A DNA stretch of 64,000 nucleotides from Mobula hypostoma (taxonomy: Eukaryota), in contig NC_086097.1 in assembly GCF_963921235.1 (NCBI RefSeq), positions 28,088,001-28,152,000 of the forward strand. The letters run 5' to 3'. The notes under the pieces are model-generated. The model worked only from the letters and a program-made list of their open reading frames with translations, ran no database searches and was not told the origin of the DNA. Every line of letters starts with the position of its first letter. Within the stretch, counting starts at the first letter, position 1. Made by a program: the position numbers and the translations under genes. Of this stretch, positions 10,460 to 24,088 are shown piece by piece.

Positions 10460-11450
10460 ATCGCAAGCAATAGTCTGTAACTTCCCTTTGGACTTGGAAG
10501 CAGTTTGATGTGGTAGAACCAAGGCAAGGCAATGCAGTGGGCCTGTCACTGAGTGAGGAAGGTTGAAGGTTAGACTGATTTAAGCACCATGCTAAATTGG
10601 AAAGGACAGCACAGAGGTGGCCAAACCCAATGTTGGGATGCAGAGTTAAGTACCGAGCTGAATTGGAAAGGTCAGGTACAGGCTGAATTGAGATGGCTGG
10701 GTCCAGGTCCAAGAACGTACGTACCAAGACAACTGAACATGATGTTTGGACATCAATTCAGGCACTGGGCCAGCTTGAGAAAAGGCCAGGTGTTGGGGCC
10801 CAAGGCGAGGAACAGGTCGGTTCAGCTCGCTGGTCTGTTACATTTACTCAGCTGTGCACTGAACTATGGGTCTCAGATGCTCTTTCTGGACTCTAGGTCA
10901 GAATTCTATTTGCTTGTGGTTATTATTTACATGACTTTTTTTTAAATCTCTGCACATTGGTTTAAGATGCTACTGGTGAACTTCAGCAACATCTGACTGG
11001 TGGCTAACGAAACAAGGAAAACAACTAAATATTTTGTCAATTGCAAAGGATCATCTCAAGAGTAGTCTGCAACTACTCTTTGGACTTGGAGACTATTTGA
11101 TGCGGCAGAACCAAGGCAAGGCACGGCAACAGGCCCATCACAGAGAGCAAAGACAACTCAATGGTCGATCATTTTAAGCACAGTACTGAACTGAGAAGTT
11201 GCTTACAGACCAAATCAAGACAGCAGCAGCATCCAAGCACCAGAGTGTACTGAGGCGAGTGAATCCGATGTTTGGATAGAGATTCAGGCACTGGGCCAGA
11301 TTGAAAAGCTCAGGGTGCTCAACAACTCCGCTCTGCAGTGAACTATGGGACTCTGGGTTTCCGTTCAGAACGCAATTTGCTTGCAATTGTTTTCCTCTGC
11401 ACATTAGGTGCTCAATGGTCTTTTTTAAAAAAATGGGTTCTTAATGAGAC
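10460..11450 (+). repeat. Two diverged tandem copies of an unclassified ~500-bp repeat
   Basis: TAGTCTG.AACT..CTTTGGACTTGGA...AGAACCAAGGCAAGGC occurs at about 10470 and 11062. The head of copy 1 appears at about 2230-2290, before the CR1 insertion. Confidence 0.6.
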
Positions 11451-12082
11451 CAACTCTATTTCTTCCTTTACCTCAAAGTGCCCTAGCATATCAATACACT
11501 CACCACTGATCTCCCCATCCTCCTTGTCCTTCCCCTTGGTAAATACTGATGTTAATTATTCATTAAGGGCTTCACCCACATTCTCCACATCCAAGGGGAT
11601 GCCCCCCACCATTACCCTTGAGTGGTCTTACACTCTCCTAGTTATCCTCCTACTCTTTCATTCAATTTAATTGTCATTTAACTGTCTGAATACTGATGAA
11701 TACAGCCAAATGAGACAGCATTACTACAGGGTCAAAGTGAAAGAACATTACCAGTAACACATGGTAAGCACACACAAGAACACATTCATGTAATAAGAGT
11801 TGAGGCCCAGTTCTCCTCCCCTACCCACAGCAACCCCCCACCCCCACCCCCCCGGCGACATCACAGCTTGATGCATACAAGTAAACGCACCCATATAGAA
11901 TACATTTGTAAAAATACAAACGCAGAATGAACACACACATGCCACCTCCCCCCAGCACACTGATAACATTTGTCAACGGGCCCCCAGCGCCCACTAGGTG
12001 ACACTGTGGCTTTAAGGCCCACACCTCGCATATACAAGCACACAGAATATTAATAAAAACACAACCACACAGAATATATGTA

Positions 12083-12712
12083 TGTAATGCCCTGGCTCAC
12101 ATCTTTAATGTTATGCTGTAGGTATTTCATTTAGCAACTTTAAGAGCTGCAGTTCTGCTTTCAAATTGTTTGGGTTATTGTTGAAGATAAAGGATGATGT
12201 TGAATGTGTGCCAGCCAATTAGCAGAAGGCTTTCTTGGTGAAGGACATAAGGTTGGGCTAGGGGCTTTTGCTCAAGAGGTTGATGAAGAGAGAAGACACT
12301 GGGGAGAACCGGTCTTAACATACGATCCGGTGGGAGATCCGTTTGTTCGAGATGGATTGCGAGCGACGCTCGGAAGGTAGTGTGTACTTTCACGTTGACC
12401 GAGGGCCCAGCGTGCAAGTGACAGAGAAGTTCAAGATAAGCTCCAATTTGTGCACGTGACTGTTTAATTAGAACGGGCCTTTTCTCTTTGTTATTCTTTA
12501 CTAACCATTCTGTTAAGATTCATAGATATAATTCCTTTAATCGTATGCAGAGTACTGTTTGTTATTTCGTGGCATTAATTTGTAACAGGGTAGCAAATGA
12601 TACAGCATGCTCAAACAGGGGCTTGGGGTCTGCGCCTCGATCTCATGAGTTTGGCAGGGCTGGAGGTAGTCTTCAATAGACTTCCTCAGCCAAGGAAACC
12701 AAGGTTGTCTCA
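12083..12712. mobile_element. Probable solo LTR (630 bp)
   Basis: Starts TGTAA, ends CA, flanked by a 4-bp TGTA duplication (12079-12082 / 12713-12716); elevated CpG internally. Confidence 0.55.
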
Positions 12713-12859
12713 TGTATATAGACCAGTGCCCTCAGTCCATTTTAAATCTTCAGTCGCCACAAATGTGCTATGCCACCCCTGGTAGAGCATGATGGCTTGG
12801 ACACCTCACCTCCAGTGGCTGAAAAAGCAAGCGATGCCACAGCCTGAGGCCCTAGTCCA

Positions 12860-13320
12860 CTGAGTGCTGCTAAAAAGAAATCTGTAGGTAAGGGACTTCA
12901 TTACCAGTGATATTAGAACTACAGGACAGTAGTCTTATTGCAGGTGAGATTGCTGTTCTTGAGAATTAGGCATATGATGGCAGTTTTCCAAATGGTTGGT
13001 ATGGAATGTTCAGACGGAGAGCAGTCGGAGAGATGATAGAAAACCTCTGATGATTTCTGGATCTGGTGCCTTACTACGGATTGTTCTCAAGCACTCCCTC
13101 CACTTCCCTTGGATGAAACTCTATATTGCTGCTGCTTAGTGCACCTGATAAAAGAATGGTGGTCAACTCCTTCACACCCAGTGTGAATTTGTACTGATCA
13201 AACCTGCAGTAAAAGCTGTTCAGTCCTTCTGCAAACTCTACACATTCCTCCCGACTTAGGTAGGATGGAGACTGGTGATTACAGAGGCTGGTCATTGTTC
13301 TGACACCTTTCCAGGCATAT
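12860..13320 (-). mobile_element. Rex1/Babar-like LINE fragment
   Basis: FAEGLNSFYCRFD in ORF 13074-13295 and a degenerate RPVALTSLVMK-like motif near 12900-12930. Confidence 0.55.
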
Positions 13321-16214
13321 GTATATTTCTAAAATTCTGCTGGATTTCTATTTCTCTGTAAGTGCCTGTAAGGAAAAAAATCTCCAGGTAGTATATGGTG
13401 ATTATATATATACTTTGATAATAAATTTACTTGAAACCCTTAGCACAGCAGAAAACCAGGGATGATGGTCCCAGGTATAGCTTGTGGACTTATTTGGTTC
13501 TGAAAGAGACTTAACAAATTGCTTTGGTATATCTTTTTCTAGCTGACGGAGAAAGCAGTGGAACCTTACCAAATGGCAGCCATTGCACTATTCAAATATA
13601 TCAATGGAGAAGAGGATTAACAGTGGTATGTGAATTTCCCATTTATTAGACCATGAGTGCAGGTCCAGATTCCAAATAAGTTTTTGTTTAGATATACAAA
13701 CTTATTTTAACAAACTCACCAGTCTATTCTTCACTGGCACTCATGCAGCAATAAAACACAAGTCTTCACATAAAGCCATGCAAGAAGTGAATAAACTGAG
13801 GCAATCTACTGCCACCATTAAGCTCTCTGCCATTAAGCATTCTATGGGATCACAGAGGTGTGCAGATAAAGGAAATAGCAGTTTCCATCACATCCAGCAG
13901 GTGATGGAAGAGGGAAACCATAGGTAACATGGAACGGCCACTGTCAATCACTAGCAATAGCCTGTTTTCATCGTGTCAGTCAGGATGCAACCGTGAAGCG
14001 AGCATCTCTGTGCTAAACAGTCCTGTCGGTCATCCAGTCCGCCCAACAGTTGTAGATTGCCACTACACATTGTCTGGGTGGCTCTCTCATACCGAGCTAA
14101 TTATTTCATAATTAGACCATAAGACCATTAGGCCATTCGGCCCATTGAGTCTGCTCCGCCATAATCGAAGTTTTAATTTCTGCTTGCCTCTGTGTGGAGA
14201 GAGCACAATGCTATAAAAGGTTGACCCTCAAGCACAGTGCTGGCACAGCAGCAAATACGGTTGCAGTTTGTGCAAAGTTAAACAGAGCTATCAGTATTGC
14301 ACTTCACATAAAATTCTATAACGACTCCCTTTTAACACCAAAGCCATTCAGCTCTCATTTTTAGACACCAAGTGCTAAGTATATAAAATTGTGAATTTCA
14401 ACTTGCACAAAAAATGTTTCCAATTTATTACAAGCCATAAATTTACAGTTCTATTTATTATAATTTTATTTCAGCTATACCATTTTCATGGTTCAACTAG
14501 ACAAAGGAATGCAGCTGACAAACAAACCTCATTCTACAAATTCAAATGACTACATCATTAAAATTGCATTGGTTTTGAACTTCATGTTTAGAAGATTATG
14601 ATTTATTTTAAATAACAATATTCAACATCTAGTTATAAGAATTAAATCATTGCTCTACCTTGCAATTGAATGGTAAGTGACCAGAAGGCCGTAATTTTAA
14701 CAAAGGTTTTTTCTTGAAGGAGGCAAGTTTACAACCAAGTTGAAACTTGGTAAGATTTATAAACAAAAATATAGGACACACAAGAGAAATTAATTGTCAC
14801 AATTGCAAAGCAAGCACAGCATCAAGAGAACAGAACAGTTAACCTCTAATGTGGGAAAGAGTTCAAATTCAAACTCAATCTAAAACATGCAAAAGAAGCC
14901 CAGTAGGAACTGGATCAGAAACTGGTAGTTATTGAAGGTATAACTCATTTTCCAAACCATTAATATGGTACAAATGCACATCATAACTATAGGAAAAGAT
15001 TTAATTATATAACTATTAGATGGACAAAAGATCTATATTTGTATCATTTTATATATAAACAATACTAAAGCATGGTCTATCACCACGCATTAACGTACAA
15101 GACTGAAAAGCAGAAAATGCTGCAAGTATTCAGCAAGTCAGGGAACATCCACGAAGAGGGAAATAGATTTCATATTTCATGCTATGGCAAGAAAGAAAAT
15201 TTTTAGAAACAACTTTTAAGAATTGGTGGGGAGCAACAGAGGATGAGAGGAGAGAGCAGAAGGGAAGGTGACCATCTCAATTTGATAAGTGTTAAACCAC
15301 AAAATGTATGTGCCAATGATGGTGTATGGATCACTTTGAGGCCAAAAATTGGTGCCAGTGCAAAGACCTCCACATTTGTCACTGACCACCCTTTTAAGCA
15401 TAAGCATACTTTGCAACACTAAATGGCGAGGCTCTGTACCAGGATATACATCTCATGGGAGACTCAAAGTGTACAAATAGCTGAAAAAAAAACAAGTTAT
15501 ATCATGCACTTCAGTTAAACATGCAGTTAAACACCCTTTCAATGCCTTTGACTTCCAGAGACAAAGCCTCTAAGAATATAAATTTAATTAAAACATTTAT
15601 CAAATTAATGTGACTAATGTAAACAATTGATCTTTTACCTTCACTGGTCTGACCTGGCAAACAGACTCCCCAGTAAAATTCATGTTCTGCTGTTGGAAGT
15701 CCAACATTAACACAAAGTTTTAAAACCATTATGCAAGAATGACAAGTTAAGGAGTTCCACATTGATACCATTGAGCACATTTTTGAGTCTTTACTTTTAT
15801 CAGCACGATCAGTTCTTCTCATAATCAAGGTTGAAACAGAGCATTTGTTTCATAATCAAGGTTGAAACAGAGCCATTTGTTTTGGTATTTGGTGTCATAC
15901 ATGTGAACAGCCCAGTCTGCTCTGTGTTGATGTATGTAAGTAGGGCCTCAGTTCTGGAGATGTTGGCCTGATTAAGGGCAATGGTTCACTTGCCCTGTTA
16001 GTAGTTAGTGGATAATAATTGGAAGTATATTTCGAAGTGCTTTCAAATGCTTGCACTAGATAACCCACATCTTAAAAAGCATGCAGGAGTACAAGAACTA
16101 ATATAACCCAGGTGGATTGGAAGTTCTGTGCCAGATCTGACGTTCTGGTCCTGAACTACCCTTTTCATTAACTGACCAACGGCTACATTGCTGTATCAAA
16201 GGCAGTGGTACTTT

Positions 16215-16427
16215 AAAAACGCAAACAGGAGGAATTCTGCAGATGTTGGAAATTCAAGCAACACGCATCAAAGTTGCTGGTGGACGCAGCAGGCCAGGCA
16301 GCATCTCTAGGAAGAAGTACAGTCGACGTTAGTCCTGACGAAGGGTCTCGGCCTGAAACGTCGACTGTACCTCTTCCTAGAGATGCTGCCTGGCCTGCTG
16401 CGTTCACCAGCAACCTTGGTGTGTGTT
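16215..16427 (-). mobile_element. Short PLE terminal-repeat insertion, fold-back
   Basis: Inverted copies of the PLE 3' repeat; perfect 13-bp TSD GCAGTGGTACTTT at 16202-16214 / 16428-16440. Confidence 0.85.
16330..16367 (+). ncRNA. Minimal hammerhead ribozyme motif (PLE type), intact core
   Basis: TAGTC-CTGACGA-AGGGTCTCGGCCT-GAAA-CG-TC-GACTG: stem I UAGUC/GACUG, CUGANGA and GAAA boxes, short stem II, palindromic ACGU stem III, GUC cleavage triplet (cut after 16362). Confidence 0.75.
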
Positions 16428-16629
16428 GCAGTGGTACTTTTATCACTGATGTCTGCCTCTTTGGTAAGAGGAAAAACCAAGGTATAGGAAATGGCCAATA
16501 TTTCCCAGGATCTCACCATGGAATGTTATTGTTGGAGAGCACTGTAATGCAGCGTGGGCAGCTTAGAAGATTAACTATTTGGTTAATGCTTTAGGGACCA
16601 AGATACAAAGAGTAATAAAAAAAAATCTA

Positions 16630-18597
16630 TTACTGGACACCAGTTCCCCTCCATAACTCTCATCCCTCTGGCGAAACTTGTCCTCACTCTCAACTTCTCC
16701 TTTGGCTCCCCCCACTTCCTTCAAACAAAAGGTGCAGCCATGGGTACTTGCATGGATCACAGCTATGCCTGCCTTTTTGTCGGCTATGTGGAATAGTCTA
16801 TGTTCCAAGCCTACACCGGTGTCACTCCCCAACTTTTCCTACGCTACATTGATGACTGCATTGGTGCTGCTTCCTGCACTCATGCGGAGCTCATCGACTT
16901 CATTAACTTTGCCTCCAACTTCCACCCTGTCCTCCAATTTACTTGGTCATTTCTGACACCTCCTTCCTCTTTCTCAATTTCAAAATCTCTATCTCTGAAG
17001 ACAACCTACCCACTGATGTCTATTATAAACCCATGGACTCTCACAGCTACATGGACTGCATCTCTTCCCACCCTGTTACTTGCAAAAACACCATCCTCTT
17101 CTCTCCATTCCTCCATCTCTGCCGCATCTGCTCTTAGGATGAGGTATTTCATTCCAGAACAAAGGAGACCTCCTCTTCCTTCAAAGAAAGGGTTTTCCCT
17201 TACTCCATTAACGCTCCACTCAGCTACATCTCTTCATTTCACGTGTGTCTGCCCTCACCCCATCCTCTCACCAGGGATAAGGTTCCTGTTGTCCTCACCT
17301 ACCAACCCACCAGCCTCTATGTCCAGCACACAATTCTCTGTAACTTTTGCCATCTCCACCACAAACACATCTTCACTCCCACCCCCACTTTCTGCAGGAA
17401 TCGCCCCCTACACGACTCCCTTGTCCATTCATCCCTCCCCACTGATCTCCATCCTAGCACTTATTCTTGAAAGCAGATCAACTACTACATCTGCCCCTAC
17501 ACCTCCTCCCTCACTACCATTCAGGGCCCCAAAAGGTGCTTCCGGGTGAGGTGACACTTCACCTGAGAGTCTGTTGGGGTCATCTGTTCTATCCAGTGCT
17601 CCAGGTGCAGCCTCCTGTATATTGGTGAGACCTGACGTAGATTGGGAGATTGCTTCAGTGAGCACCTACACTTCATCCGCCTGAAGAAGCAGGACCTCCC
17701 AGTGGCCACCCATTTTAGCTCCACTTTCCATTCAGATATGTCAATACATAGCCTCCTCTATTGTCACGAAGAAGCCACACTCAGGTTAGAAACACAGAAA
17801 ACCTACAGCACAATACAGGCCCTTTGGCCCACAAAGCTGTGCCAAACATGCCCTTACCCGAGAAATTACCTAGGGTTACCCATGGCCCTCAATTTTTCTG
17901 AGCTCCATATACCTGTCCAGGGGTCTTTTAAAAAAACCCTGTCGTATCCACCTCCACCACCATCACCGGCAGCCCATTCCACGCACTCACCACTCTCTGT
18001 GTAAAAAAAAAACTTACCCCGATATCTCCTCTGTACCTACTTCCAAGCACCTTAAAACAGTGCCCTCTCGTACTAGCTATTTCAGCCCTGGGAAAAAGCC
18101 TCTGACTATCCACACAATCAATGGCTCTCATCATCTTATACACCTATATCAGGTCACCTCTCATTCTCCGTTGCTCCAAGGAAAAAAGGCTGAGTTCACT
18201 CAACCTATTTTCATAAGGCATGCTCCCCAACTTCCAGTACCACCGCCCCCAACCATTCCCATTTCCCTCTCTCACCTTATCTCCTTACCTGCCCATCACC
18301 TCCCTCAGGTGCTCATCCCCCTTTTCTTTCATGGCCTGCTGTCCTCTCCTGTCAGATTCCCCCTTCTCCAGCCTGTATCTTTCACCAATCAACTTCCCAG
18401 CTCTTTACTTCACCCCATCCCTCATTTCACACATCACCTTGTGTTTCTCCCTTCCCTCCAACCGCCTTCTAACTCTGACTCCTCATCTATTTTTCCTCCA
18501 GTTCTGATGAAGGGCTTCAGCTCAAAACATCAACTGTACTCTTTTCCATAGATGCTGCTTGGCCTGCTGAATTCCTCCAGCATTTTGTGTGTGTTGC
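16630..18597 (+). mobile_element. Degenerate Penelope-like element (RT, GIY-YIG, terminal repeat) split by a LINE tail
   Basis: LRYIDD, YYKP.DSHSY and LYIGET motifs with frameshifts; decayed hammerhead motif at about 18501-18537. Confidence 0.85.
17788..18228 (-). mobile_element. CR1-like LINE 3' fragment inserted in the PLE
   Basis: YKMMRAID.VDSQRLFPR...TRGH.FKV...FTQRVV; same family as 52918-53248. Confidence 0.75.
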
Positions 18598-20164
18598 ATA
18601 GAAAAAAATATACATTGTTGAAATAGAGATTTAAAAAAGTTCTTCAACAACTCTAGGAAATAACTAACAGAATCACAATAAGACTGAAAACATTTAAAAC
18701 TATGGTCCAGAAAGGAAACAGAATTCAGTTTTTTAATATCTGAAATTCAGTCATAGGTTGAAGCACTAGCAAGGACTGTGTGTAGCAGTTACAGTATGTG
18801 GAGGCGGTCAGCTGGTGCAAGAACATGTGAAGTAGGAGAGTGGTGGTAGTGGTGAGAGAAAATTATGTTGCCTCAGGGATTAGTAATTTTAGAGATAAAA
18901 CTGACAGGTACCAAGTCATTAACATTTGTATGGAAACAAATAGGGAATTGACTCATACATTAGAAGATATCTGTACATTGTCCCAAATTTGCAATGGTTC
19001 AGGTTCAGAGATAAACACAAATTATCTGAGTTTTTAAATATACAGTAGTTTACTAATGATTACACTGGGAAATTGTTTTTAAATATTCATTTGTAGGAAG
19101 TGAGCAGTGCTGCAAACCCCCACCTCAATTGTTTTTCAGGAGATGGCAGCAAGCAGTCATTGTGAACCTCTGCAGCCTTTTTGATGAGGGTTCTTTCCCC
19201 CCCCCCCCACCCCCACCCCCACAGCTTCTGGGTGCTGTTAGGTAGGGTTTGGGCATAGCTTTCAACTTCCCTTGGTAACTATAATACCATAAGACTGTTA
19301 GATAAAGAAGCAGAAGGAGGCTATTCAGCCCATCACATCTACTCTGGCATTTCATCATGGCTGATTTATTCTCTCTCGCAACCCCATTCTATTGCCTTCT
19401 CCCTGAAACTCTGATGCCCTTACAAATCATTTTAAGTATATCCAATGACTCAGCCACCACAGCTATATGTGATGATGAATTCCACATATGCACCACCCTC
19501 TGGCTACAGAAATTCCTCTTCAACTCTGTTCTAAAGGGACATCCTTCTAATCTGAGGCAGTGCCCTCTGGTCTTAGACTTTCCCACCACAGGAAACATCA
19601 TCTCTATGTCCACTTTATCTAGGCCTTTGAATATTTGAAATGTTTCAACAAGATTTCCGTGCACACCCCCCACCCCAACTTTCTCCAAGGTGAAGCAGGG
19701 AAAACTCCAGCAAGTACCTGGCCAGAACCAAATGCTCCCCAGATGTTAATCCTTTCATTCCTCAAATCACTCTTATGAACCCCTGTGTGGCCCTCTTCAA
19801 TGCCAGCACATCTCACCTTAGATGCTCCCAATCTGCTCACAATCCTCCAATTGCAGTCTGACCAATGCTCGCTTTTATATTCTAGGCCTCTCAAAATTAA
19901 TCCTAACATCGCATTTGCCTTCCTTACCACTGACTCAACCTGCAAGCCAAACTTGTGGGGAATCCTGCACAAGGACTCCCACATCCCTTTGCAACTCTGA
20001 TTTCCAAATTTTCTCCTCATTTACAAAAGTCTATGCCTTTATTCCTTCTTCCAAAGTGCATGACCATATGCTTCCCTACACCATATTTCATCTGCCACTT
20101 CTTTGTCCACCTGGAGAATCCCCGCTTCCTCAACACTACCTGTCCTTCCACCTATCCTCATTTA

Positions 20165-22125
20165 GTAGTCTGGCGGACGGACCTCTACCTCACTGAGGCC
20201 AAACGGCAGCTCTCTGACACCTCCTCTTACTTACCCCTGGAACAGGACCCCACCAAAAAACAAACCATTGTCTCCCGTACCATCACCGCCCTCATCAACT
20301 CCGGAGACCTTCCATCCTCAGCCACTAAACTCATAATTCCCACACCCCGTACCACTCGGTTTTACCTCCTCCCCAAGATCCACAAGCCTGACTGTCCCAG
20401 CAGACCCATAGTTTCTGCCTGCTCCTGTCCCACCGAACTTGTATCTGCCTACCTGGACTCCATTTTGTCACCCATAGTTCAGTCTCTCCCCACCTACATC
20501 CAGGATACATCCCATGCTCTCCACCTCTTCAATAACTTCCAGTTCCCCGGTCCCAACCGCTTCATTTTCACTATGGATGTCCAATCCCTATACACCTCCA
20601 TTCCCCATGAAGAAGGCCTCAAAGCCCTCCACTACTTTCTGGATAATAGACCTCACCAGTTCCCCACCACCACTACCCTCCTCCGGTTGGCGGAACTGGT
20701 TCTCACACTCAATAACTTCTCTTTTGGCTCTTCCCACTTTCTTCAGACCAAGGGTGTAGCTATGGGAACTCACATGGGCCCTAGCTATGCCTGCCTCTTC
20801 ATTGGTTATGTGGAACAGTCTGTGCTCCAAACCTATTCTGGTACTACTCCCCAACTTTTCCTTCGGTATGTTGACGACTACATTGGTGCTGCTTCCTGCA
20901 CCCAATCTGAGCTAGTCAATTTCATCAACTTTACTTCTAACTTCCACCCAGCCCTCAAATTCACTTGGTCTATCTCGGACACTTCTCTCCCCTTTCTCGA
21001 TCTCTGGAGACAGACTGTCCACTGACATCTTCTACAAGCCCACTGACTCTCATAACTACCTCAACTATACCTCTTCCCACCCCGCCACATGCAAAAATGC
21101 CATTCCCTATTCCCAGTTCCTCCATCTCCACCACATCTGTTCCGAGGATGAGGTTTTCTATTCCAGGACATCTCAAATGTCCTCTTTCTTTAAGGATCGT
21201 GGTTTCCCTTCTGCTGTCATCAATGATGCCTTCACCTGCATCTCCTCCATTTCCCGCAGTTCCGCTCTCACCCCATCCTCCTGCCACCACAACTGAGACA
21301 GAGTTCCCCTTGTCCTCACCTACCACCCCACTAGCCTCCGGATCCAACACATTATCCTCCGCAAATTCCGCCACCTTCAACAGGACCCCACCACTAAGCA
21401 CGTCTTTCCCTCTCCAACCCTCTCCGCCTTCCACAGGGATTGGTCCCTCTGCGATTCCCTGGTCCACACGTCCCTCCCCACGGATCTCCCACCTGGCACT
21501 TATCCCTGTAAGCGCAAGTGCTACACCTGTCCCTACACCTCCTCTCTTGCCACCACTCAGGGCCCCAAACAGTACTTCCAAGTGAGGCAACACTTCACTT
21601 GTGAGTCTGTTGGGGTCATCTATTGCATCTGGTGCTCCCGGTGCGGCCTCCTCTACATTGGTGAAACCCGACGCAGATTGGGGGACCGCTTCGTCAAGCA
21701 CCTCCACCCCATCTGCCAAAACAGACAGTATCTCCCAGTAGCCACCCACTTCAACTCTGCTTCCCACTTCCATTCAGATATGTCCATACATGGCCTCCTC
21801 TACTACCATGATGAGGCTAAACTCAGGTTGGAGGATCAAAACCTCGTATACCGTCTAGGTAGTCTCCAGCCCCTTGGTATGAACGTAAAATTCTCCAACT
21901 TCCGGTAATTCCCTCCCCTTCCCTTCCCCTATCCCTATGTCACTCTGCTCCCTCCCCCAGCTGCCTACCACCTCCCTCCTTGGTTCCGCCTCCTTCTACT
22001 ACCAATTTTGTTTTTCCCTATTCTTTCTTCACCTTTCCTGCCTATCTCCTCCCTGCCTCCCTTCCCCCACCCCTTTATCTTTCCCCTTATTGGTTTTTCA
22101 CCTGGAACCCAACAGCTTTCCCCAG
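20165..22125 (+). mobile_element. 5'-truncated Penelope-like element (second subfamily), frameshifted
   Basis: FYLLPKIHK, TMDVQSLY, GVAMG, RYVDD; GIY-YIG VIYCI.C..C.LLYIGET at 21582-21908; frameshift near 21005. Confidence 0.9.
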
Positions 22126-24016
22126 ATGGCTTATCCATCTTCAGACTGCAACTTCCCAAGAACAACCTCCTAAGTAATAGCAACAACACTCACTTCTGCC
22201 CCCTGACTCTTGAATTTCTGGCATACTGCTGGGGTCTTCCAGAGTGAAAACTGATGCAAAATACTTATTCAGTTTGTCCGCCATTACTACTTCAAGCATC
22301 ATTTTCCAGCGGTCGCATATCTACTCTCAACTCTTACTTTTTGTATATCTGAAAAAAATTGGTATCCTCTTTGATATTATTGGCTAGCTTTTCTTCATCT
22401 TTTCTCTCCTCATTTCTCTTTTAGATGCCTCTGTTGGTTTTGAACAGCTTCACAATCCTTCAACTTCCCACAAATTTTTGCAATAATTAAATCCTTCTCT
22501 TTTTCTTTTAGGCTGTCTTTGTATTTGCTAGTCAACCACAGTTGCCTCATCCTCCATTTTGAATGCACCTATCACATGCCTTCTGATTTGCTCCCAGAAA
22601 ATTCAGCCATTGATGTTCTGCCATCATCCCTGATAGTGTCTCCTCCAATAGGTACATGGAGCTTAGAAAAATAGAGGGCTATGGGTAACCCTAGGTAATT
22701 TCTAATGTAATTAAATGTTCAGCACAGCATTGTGGGCCAAAGGGCCTGTATTGTGCTGTAGGCTTTCTATGTTTTCTAATCAATTTTGGCCAGCTCCTCT
22801 TTCATGCCTCTAACTCCTTTTACTCCACTGTAACACTGATACATCTCCCTCTCAATATGATAGAATTCACCCTACAGTTTATGATCACTACCTCCCCATG
22901 ATTCCTTTACCTTAAGCTCCCTAATCAAGTCCGGTTCATTACACAACACCCGATCCAGAATTGCCTTTTCTCTAGAAGGCTCAACCAAAAAAAAATTAAT
23001 GTAAATTTATTATCAAAGTACATATATGTCACTATATACAACCCTGAGATTCATTTTCTTGCAGGCATACTCAGCAAATCCAAACTAAAACATAATAGAA
23101 TCAATGAAAGACTGCACCAACACGATGGATATACATCACTGTGCAAATACAGAAGAAAAAATAAATAGGCAATAAATATCGAGAACAAGAGATGAAGAGT
23201 CCTTGAAAGTGAGTCCATAGGTTGTGGGAACAGTTCAATGATGGGGAAAGTGAAGTTGGATGAAGTTATCCCCATTGGTTCAAGGGCCTAATGGATGAGG
23301 GGTAATAACTCTTCCTGAACCTGGTAAAGCAATTTTCTCTAAAAAGCCATTTTGCAGACATTCTACGAATTGCATCTCTTAGGATCCAGTACCAACCCAA
23401 TTCTCTGAATACTGAAATCCCACATGGCTATTGTAACATTGCCCTTTTTTAATAAAAATGCCTTTCCATCTCCTATTGTAATTTATATCCCGCATCCTGG
23501 CTACTGTCCAGAGTCCTGTATATAACTCCCATCAGGGTTTTTTTTAATCCTTACAGTTCCTTAACTCTACACACTAGGATTCTACATCTTCCGACGTCAC
23601 CTCTTTCAAATGATTTGATTTCATTTTTCACCAAAAGAGCCACCCCAACCCATCCTGCCATCCTACCTGTCCTTTGGATTCAATGTGTGTCATTGGATGT
23701 TAAGATCCCAACTATGATCTTCTTTTAGCCACAAGTTTGTAATGCCCACGGCATCATACCTGCAAATCTCTAACTGCGCTACAAGATCATCCATCTTATT
23801 CTGCATTGTGTACATATTCAAATAAAACATCTTCAGTCCTGTATTCATCACCCTTTGTGATTTTGCTCCCATGTTACACTTCACCCCATGCAATTTTGGC
23901 CTCTAATCTGCCTGCCCTTCCTCAGTCTCACTACACACTACATCTACTTGCATACCAACTGTACCATACCTAGCCCTATCACTCTGGTTCCCATCCTCTG
24001 CCAAATTAGTTTAAAC

Positions 24017-24088
24017 CTGGGATTCCCAACCTTTGTTATGCCACAGACCAATACCATTAAGCAAAGGAGCCCAGGTTGGGAACCCTTG
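24017..24088. mobile_element. 72-bp hAT mini-MITE
   Basis: Imperfect TIRs CTGGGATTCCCAACCT / AGGTTGGGAACCCTTG; perfect 8-bp TSD GTTTAAAC at 24009-24016 / 24089-24096. Confidence 0.85.

Noticed and set aside
15819..15882. 31-bp tandem duplication TCATAATCAAGGTTGAAACAGAGCATTTGTT
   Set aside because: Simple local slippage duplication with no sign of function.
20970..21773. 267-aa and similar antisense ORFs over PLE and CR1 coding regions (also 57768-58508)
   Set aside because: Shadow frames of compositionally biased transposon ORFs.
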